Of a stretch of 60,557 bases of DNA, positions 55,684 through 60,557 are shown one piece after another. Source of the DNA: Candidatus Pacearchaeota archaeon (GTDB lineage Archaea; Nanobdellota; Nanobdellia; Pacearchaeales; UBA284); the NCBI GenBank assembly GCA_018304245.1, contig JAGVWO010000005.1:1-60557 (forward strand), given 5' to 3'. The translations under genes and the position numbers were made by a program. Under the pieces are notes generated by a model. That model ran no database searches and was not told where the DNA came from. It saw only the letters and a list, made by a program, of their open reading frames with translations. Each line of letters opens with the position of its first letter. Positions within the stretch are counted from its first letter, which is position 1.

Positions 55684-56283
55684 ATGATTCAAAATCAAAA
55701 GTTAAATGGATTTATTCTTCTTAATAAACCCAAGGGGAAAACTAGTTCTGATGTTTGCATAGAAATAAAAGAATTTTTTAATGCAAAAAAAGTCGGTCAT
55801 GCTGGAACTCTTGACCTAAATGTTGATGGAGTTTTGATTATTGCCATAAATGATTCAACCAAATTAATGCCTTTTGTGAATAAACTTGACAAAGAATATG
55901 TTGGAAAAGCAAAAGCTCACAAAAATATTTCAAAAAAAGAATTAGAAAATGTGATGAAAAAATTTATTGGAAATATTAAACAACTCCCACCAAGAAAAAG
56001 TCATGTTAAAAGGGAAGAAAGAACAAGAAAAATTTATGATTTTAAATTATTAAATCTTGATGATAAAACAAGGGTGTTTGAATTTTTTGTCAAGTGCGAA
56101 GCAGGCACATATATCCGGAAATTGATTTTTGATATTGGAGAGAAAATCGGCGGGAGTCACATGATCCAATTAACTAGAATAAAACAAGGGCCATTTAAGA
56201 TAGAAGAAACTATATCTATAAAAGATATTTCACAAAATAAAATTATTTCTAATTTAAAGATTCTAGAAAGATTAAAAACCTAA
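55684..56283 (+). CDS. TruB/Cbf5-family pseudouridine synthase, short form lacking a PUA domain
   Basis: GFILLNKPKGKTSSDV...VGHAGTLDLNVDGVLIIAIN (catalytic Asp block), KEYVG, CEAGTYIRKLIFDIGEKIGG. The protein ends ~35 aa after this block (199 aa in total). Confidence 0.75.
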   Translation: MIQNQKLNGFILLNKPKGKTSSDVCIEIKEFFNAKKVGHAGTLDLNVDGVLIIAINDSTKLMPFVNKLDKEYVGKAKAHKNISKKELENVMKKFIGNIKQLPPRKSHVKREERTRKIYDFKLLNLDDKTRVFEFFVKCEAGTYIRKLIFDIGEKIGGSHMIQLTRIKQGPFKIEETISIKDISQNKIISNLKILERLKT

Positions 56284-56895
56284 TCAATCAGAAAAAGTCA
56301 ATTTGATCTGTGAAGAATATGAATCTATTCTTTGTTTAAAATCATATTCTTGTCCTGCAATTTTTTGTTTACCATGATAAAAATTAAATCCACTATTTGG
56401 ACCAATATATTTTCCTTTAATTATCCCACCTGTTTTTAATTTTATTTCTGTGATTTCTCCAGCGGATTTTGTATATATTGAAGAAATTTTGTCAAAAGAT
56501 AATGAAATTGCTGAACCATTAATTTCCAGCATAATATTCTTCTCTTTAAAAAATTCTACAAATTTATTTGGTGCAATTACTTTTCTTTTCTTAAAAAGAA
56601 TAGTTATATCTCTCAATTGGGTTTTTTCATTTTTAGATATATTTTCAATAATCCCGTTATATGTCTTATCTACATTCTCTTCAAAAATCGTGCCATATTC
56701 CCATTCTGGATCTGAAAATTTATCTTCACCAATTAATTTAAGCAAATTTTTTGTTGCTTCGCCGTCTATTTGAATCGTTTTATATTTTTTACTCGAAGAT
56801 TGCTGGGCATCAATATTTTTTATAGAAGAAGTATATAAAAATGTACATAACAGTAAAGATAATCCGAGCACACCTGCCTTAATCCCTTTTTTCAT
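56284..56895 (-). CDS. secreted hypothetical protein
   Basis: Signal peptide MKKGIKAGVLGLSLLLCTF. Its stop abuts the stop of the convergent truB-like gene. Confidence 0.45.
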   Translation of the reverse strand: MKKGIKAGVLGLSLLLCTFLYTSSIKNIDAQQSSSKKYKTIQIDGEATKNLLKLIGEDKFSDPEWEYGTIFEENVDKTYNGIIENISKNEKTQLRDITILFKKRKVIAPNKFVEFFKEKNIMLEINGSAISLSFDKISSIYTKSAGEITEIKLKTGGIIKGKYIGPNSGFNFYHGKQKIAGQEYDFKQRIDSYSSQIKLTFSD

Positions 56896-56950
56896 AGGAT
56901 TTTTAAGATATAAAACTTTAAAAACTTTTTTGGGCTAATTAAATAACAAA

Positions 56951-57541
56951 ATGAGGGACTTTTTTTATTTTTCGCGAAATGCTAGAACATCAGGGAATTT
57001 TGATGATTTGATGGGGGCAGGTAGAATCGATATTGCACTACACATAATCATTATGTCTTTCTTTGTTTCAAATGCCACTAGAGATAATGTAAAGTTGCAT
57101 TTATTTTTTTATGGACAACCAGATCCACCAAAGCATCTGGAACTTGGTCCATTCAAAAATGAAGAAGATATTCAAGGTATCAGTAAAAAAGATCTTTCTG
57201 GATTGTTAAAAAGAATGCTTTACAAATACAAAAAAGGAATAAAAAATGAAGCATTTAAAAATTGCTGGATAGAAAAAAAAGATATTTTCAAAGAACTAAA
57301 TGAATTAAAAAAACAAAATAGAAAGATATACATTCTCGACGATAAAGGTGAAGATATAAGGAAAATCCAAATCGGAGAAAATCCTATTTTTGTTTTGGGT
57401 GATCAAGAGGGGTTTAATAAAAAAGAAATGAAAGAGCTGGAACAAATAGGGCAAAAAATTAGTATTGGAAAAATAACATATTTCGCGAGTCAAACCCTTG
57501 CAATAATACAGAATGAACTAGACCGACAAAAGATAGAATAA
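56951..57541 (+). CDS. trmY: tRNA (pseudouridine54-N1)-methyltransferase TrmY (SPOUT, DUF358)
   Basis: N-terminal ARTSGNFDDLMGAGRIDIALHIIIMSFFVSNATRDNVKLHLFFYG and C-terminal FVLGDQEGF...ISIG pattern of the MJ1640 family. Confidence 0.8.
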   Translation: MRDFFYFSRNARTSGNFDDLMGAGRIDIALHIIIMSFFVSNATRDNVKLHLFFYGQPDPPKHLELGPFKNEEDIQGISKKDLSGLLKRMLYKYKKGIKNEAFKNCWIEKKDIFKELNELKKQNRKIYILDDKGEDIRKIQIGENPIFVLGDQEGFNKKEMKELEQIGQKISIGKITYFASQTLAIIQNELDRQKIE

Positions 57542-57569
57542 TTTTAAAAAGAATTTAAGAAAATTTAAA

Positions 57570-58013
57570 ATGGCAAAGAAAAAAGAGGTATTTATTAAAA
57601 AATATCATAATGGGAATAGGGAGAAAAACCAACAAATAATTTTCTTAAGAATGCAAGCAATTCGAGAAGAAAGGGGATTGGTTTCTAGAATTGATGTTAG
57701 AGATAATCTTTCTAAAGAAGATGTACGAATTGATGATTACCGAGATATATATGGTTCTTTTGCCCATATAACTTACTTAACCAAAATTCCTTTATCTAGA
57801 AAAAATTCCCACAAAAGGGCAAGAACCCCAAGACCTGCATATGATTTATCTATAAGATTGAGGGGTGAAAAAAGAAAAACTAATCAAAAATATAGGAATC
57901 ATGCAGAACTAAAAATACAAGAATCACATACACAACCTCGTAAGGTTTCACAAATGCCCTATTCTGTATACATCACACAAAAATATATGCCGCCTTGTTG
58001 GAAAGATAATTAA
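57570..58013 (+). CDS. hypothetical basic protein
   Basis: 147-aa Arg/Lys-rich ORF, no motif recognised. Confidence 0.35.
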   Translation: MAKKKEVFIKKYHNGNREKNQQIIFLRMQAIREERGLVSRIDVRDNLSKEDVRIDDYRDIYGSFAHITYLTKIPLSRKNSHKRARTPRPAYDLSIRLRGEKRKTNQKYRNHAELKIQESHTQPRKVSQMPYSVYITQKYMPPCWKDN

Positions 58014-58122
58014 TCCGATTAAACGAAAATCATAAACAACTAACCTATTTACCCTTCAAGGCATTTTAGTCAATTTATCCTCGATGGGTTAAGTATTTAA
58101 ATCATTATTACCTGTTAAAAAT

Positions 58123-59700
58123 ATGTCAAGAGAGGATGAGATTTTTAAATCTAGAATTGCGAAGATAGAAGAACTTAGAAGCAAAAATATTAATCCCTAC
58201 ACAAACAGATTTGAAAGAACACATTCATCGAAACAAATTCTCGACAAATATTCAAATTTAAAAGTAGAAGAAAAAACAAAAGATATTGTTAAAATTGCTG
58301 GAAGGGTGATGACCTTAAGAAATCTTGGAAAGATTAATTTCTCAACAATTCAAGATTTCAATGGAAAAATACAATTAGTTGTCCAAGAAGATGAATCTGG
58401 AAAAATATTAAATGATTTTTTCTTGAATAATGTTGATTCTGGAGATTTTATAGGTGTTGAGGGAATTGTTTTCAGAACAAAAAGAGGAGAAATAAGTATT
58501 TTAGCTAAAAAAATAGAAATTTTAACAAAATCCTTAAGTCCATTACCTGAGAAATATCATGGTTTGCAAGATTCTGAAGAAAAATTAAGACGAAGATATC
58601 TTGATATTATTATGAATCCAGAAATTAAAGACTTATTTTTAAAAAAAGCAAAATTCTGGCAAACTGTTCGAAATTTTTTACTTGAAAAAGGATTTATAGA
58701 GGTTGAAACCCCTGTTTTAGAACCAACTGCAGGTGGAGCAGCAGCTACCCCATTTAAAACACACCATAATTCACTCAATATGGATTTATATTTGAGAATT
58801 TCCATGGGAGAACTTTGGCAAAAAAAATTGATGGTTGCTGGATTTGAAAAAACATTTGAGATTGGAAGACAATTCAGAAATGAAGGAATTGATATGGAGC
58901 ATTTACAAGATTACACCCAAATGGAATTTTATTGGGCCTATGCAGATTACAAAGATGGAATGAAATTAGTAGAAGAAATGTATAAAAAAATTGCTATAGA
59001 TGTTATTGGAACCCTAAAATTCAAAACACATGACTATGAAATTGATTTGGGAAAGAAATGGGAAACCTATGATTACGAATCTTTAATTAAAGAAAAAACA
59101 AAAATCGATATTTACAAAGATGATGAAACTAAAATAAAAAAGAAATTGGATGAATTAAAAATGGAATATGATAAACGCGTCGATAAATGGCGATTGATTG
59201 ATATTTTATGGAAATACTGCAGAAAACAGTTGTCTGGTCCTGGATTTTTAGTAAATCAACCAGTTGAAATTTCTCCATTAGCAAAAAGACAAGAATCTGA
59301 TAAAAGGAAGGTTCAACAATTTCAAGTTATTCTTGCGGGGACAGAAATGGGCAATGGTTATTCTGAATTAAATGATCCCATTGATCAAAGGGAAAGATTT
59401 AAGAGGCAGATGGGATTAAAAGCAAAAGGTGATACAGAGGCTCAGGAACATGATGAATCATTCCTTGAAGCATTAGAATATGGGATGCCACCAACTTGTG
59501 GATTTGGCTTCTCAGAAAGATTATTTTCATGTTTAATGGATAGACCTGTTCGAGAGTGTGTAATTTTCCCATTAATGCGACCTGAAGCAAAAAAAGAAGA
59601 AAAAGTAGTAGAAAAAGAAATTAAAAATAACCCAAATACTCAAAAATCTAATAAAAATAAAATAAAACCCAAATCTAAATTTAGAAAAAAATCAAAATAG
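58123..59700 (+). CDS. lysS: lysine--tRNA ligase, class II, with Lys-rich C-terminal tail
   Basis: OB-fold N-domain. Motif 1/2 FIEVETPVLEP...GGAAATPFKTHHNSLNMDLYLRISMGELWQKKLMVAGFEKTFEIGRQFRNEG. Motif 3 GFGFSERL. Tail ...KSNKNKIKPKSKFRKKSK. Confidence 0.95.
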   Translation: MSREDEIFKSRIAKIEELRSKNINPYTNRFERTHSSKQILDKYSNLKVEEKTKDIVKIAGRVMTLRNLGKINFSTIQDFNGKIQLVVQEDESGKILNDFFLNNVDSGDFIGVEGIVFRTKRGEISILAKKIEILTKSLSPLPEKYHGLQDSEEKLRRRYLDIIMNPEIKDLFLKKAKFWQTVRNFLLEKGFIEVETPVLEPTAGGAAATPFKTHHNSLNMDLYLRISMGELWQKKLMVAGFEKTFEIGRQFRNEGIDMEHLQDYTQMEFYWAYADYKDGMKLVEEMYKKIAIDVIGTLKFKTHDYEIDLGKKWETYDYESLIKEKTKIDIYKDDETKIKKKLDELKMEYDKRVDKWRLIDILWKYCRKQLSGPGFLVNQPVEISPLAKRQESDKRKVQQFQVILAGTEMGNGYSELNDPIDQRERFKRQMGLKAKGDTEAQEHDESFLEALEYGMPPTCGFGFSERLFSCLMDRPVRECVIFPLMRPEAKKEEKVVEKEIKNNPNTQKSNKNKIKPKSKFRKKSK

Positions 59701-59720
59701 ATCTTGGGAAGGAGAATAAA

Positions 59721-59999
59721 ATGGTAAAAGCAAGATGTATGAAATGTAAAAAAGAAATTGAAGCAAAAGACCCACAAGATGTGGAAATAAAACCAGGTAC
59801 GTGGGCTGTCAAGGGAGTTTGTCCTGATTGTGGAACAAAAGTTTTCAGAATTACAGGAAAAAAGAAGTCTTCAGAATTACAGGAAAAAAGAAGTCTTCAG
59901 AATTACAGGAAAAATAAACGAGTCAATAAAATAAATTATAGGGTAGGGTCATTCCTACTTCCTATATTTATACTCAAAAATTTAAAATGGTTGATTTAA
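59721..59999 (+). CDS. DUF5679-like zinc-ribbon protein, 3' end remodelled by a tandem repeat
   Basis: CMKCKKEIEAKD...VKGVCPDCGTKVFRI zinc ribbon. The tail after FRITGK derives from the 26-nt repeat. AAGGAG lies ~8 nt upstream of the ATG. Confidence 0.6.
   Translation: MVKARCMKCKKEIEAKDPQDVEIKPGTWAVKGVCPDCGTKVFRITGKKKSSELQEKRSLQNYRKNKRVNKINYRVGSFLLPIFILKNLKWLI
59844..59914 (+). repeat. 26-nt direct tandem repeat, ~2.7 copies (TTCAGAATTACAGGAAAAAAGAAGTC)
   Basis: Copies at 59844-59869 and 59870-59895 are identical. A 19-nt partial third copy lies at 59896-59914. Confidence 0.9.
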
Positions 60000-60157
60000 T
60001 TGTAAAAAATAAAATAAAAGAGGTTCTTCCAAAAGAGCTTAGGATTTCTAGTGATTTGGCAGAGGAATTAAATAAAAAGATAGAGCAAATCATCAAACAA
60101 GCGGCAGAAAGAGCAAAAGCAAATAAACGAACTACAATAATGCCACAAGACCTCTAA
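59987..60157 (+). CDS. 56-aa histone-fold protein (DUF1931-like)
   Basis: Not in the ORF track (under 60 aa). MVDLIVKNKIKEVLPKELRISSDLAEELNKKIEQIIKQAAERAKANKRTTIMPQDL matches the ...R.S.D....L.......I..A...A....R.T....D. pattern of histone-fold/DUF1931 proteins. Confidence 0.5.
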   Translation: MVDLIVKNKIKEVLPKELRISSDLAEELNKKIEQIIKQAAERAKANKRTTIMPQDL

Positions 60158-60177
60158 GTATCCACGGATAAAGACAA

Positions 60178-60557
60178 ATGGGAAATAAAAAAAGAGGAAC
60201 TGCTGCAGAGCGTGAATTGTTACATATGTTCTGGGATGAAGGTTATGCTTGCTGTAGGGTTGCTGGATCGGGAAGTATTCCAGAACCAAGTTGTGATTTA
60301 CTTGCAGGGAACTCTATTGAGAAAATGGCAATAGAAGTTAAATTATCTAGGGAAACCACAAAATATCTTAAGAAAGATCAAATGGATGAGTTCAAAAAAT
60401 TTGCAGATATGTTCGGACTTTCCCCAATCGTTGCAATAAAATTTGTAAGAAAAGGTTGGTGGTTAATTAACCCAAAACAATTAACAAAAACAAACAAAGG
60501 ATATTCTATTTCATTAGAAGATATAAAGAAAAAAGGTCTTTCTTTTGATGATTTTAT
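60178..60557 (+). CDS. hjc: Holliday junction resolvase Hjc (3' end outside the window)
   Basis: GTAAERELLHMFWDEGYACCRVAGSG...CDLLAG...MAIEVKLS: the archaeal Hjc E...D...ExK nuclease layout. The frame is open to the window end. Confidence 0.85.
   Translation, partial: MGNKKRGTAAERELLHMFWDEGYACCRVAGSGSIPEPSCDLLAGNSIEKMAIEVKLSRETTKYLKKDQMDEFKKFADMFGLSPIVAIKFVRKGWWLINPKQLTKTNKGYSISLEDIKKKGLSFDDF

Noticed and set aside
1-60557. Search for a diversity-generating retroelement (reverse transcriptase plus template/variable repeat pair), prophage, transposase, integrase, or toxin-antitoxin and restriction-modification hallmarks.
   Set aside because: No ORF shows RT (YxDD), integrase (R..H.R.Y), transposase (DDE) or restriction-enzyme-linked motifs. 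The only long non-coding DNA repeat pair found by eye is the 49-bp promoter element (coding low-complexity and the 26-nt tandem repeat aside), and it is not adenine-variable.

Overview
This is an AT-rich, very gene-dense chromosomal segment with about 70 credible ORFs and mostly short spacers. It comes from an archaeon, most plausibly a small-genome DPANN-type lineage; that placement is inferred from gene content and protein style, not tested. Archaeal hallmarks: EF-1alpha, FtsZ, archaeal DnaG, ATP-dependent DNA ligase, Mre11-Rad50, Hjc resolvase, GatD, ribosomal proteins S19e/L39e/L31e, a Cbf5/TruB-like pseudouridine synthase, TrmY, Taw1 plus Trm5/Taw2, Dus, RNase J, endonuclease IV, an XPD-like helicase, and Asn-, Cys- and class II Lys-tRNA ligases. 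There are two tRNA genes: a clean tRNA-Phe(GAA), and a candidate tRNA-Arg(UCG) split by a ~96-nt insertion in the T-arm. I found no rRNA genes, CRISPR arrays, integrases, transposases or reverse transcriptases. Accessory content consists of two large CARDB-like surface proteins (12.7-17.0 kb), a free-standing HNH/NUMOD3 homing-type endonuclease downstream of tuf (28.4-29.0 kb), and a secreted/pilin-like gene island around tRNA-Phe (46.3-52.0 kb). The most unusual observations are: (1) an SMC-headed ATPase of only 973 aa with no recognisable hinge and a Rad50-style CxxC pair exactly at its midpoint, whose motif (CPTCKQIV) resembles that of the locus' own Rad50 (CPVCKQEV); (2) a 49-bp upstream element that is 100 percent identical in front of two strongly diverged lipoprotein-like paralogs, each abutting a convergent secreted-protein gene; (3) the interrupted tRNA-Arg candidate; (4) a 26-nt tandem repeat read in all three frames at the 3' end of a zinc-ribbon gene; (5) a PUA-less Cbf5/TruB homolog close to TrmY. 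All functional calls rest on motifs read by eye from the supplied translations; no database search was possible.
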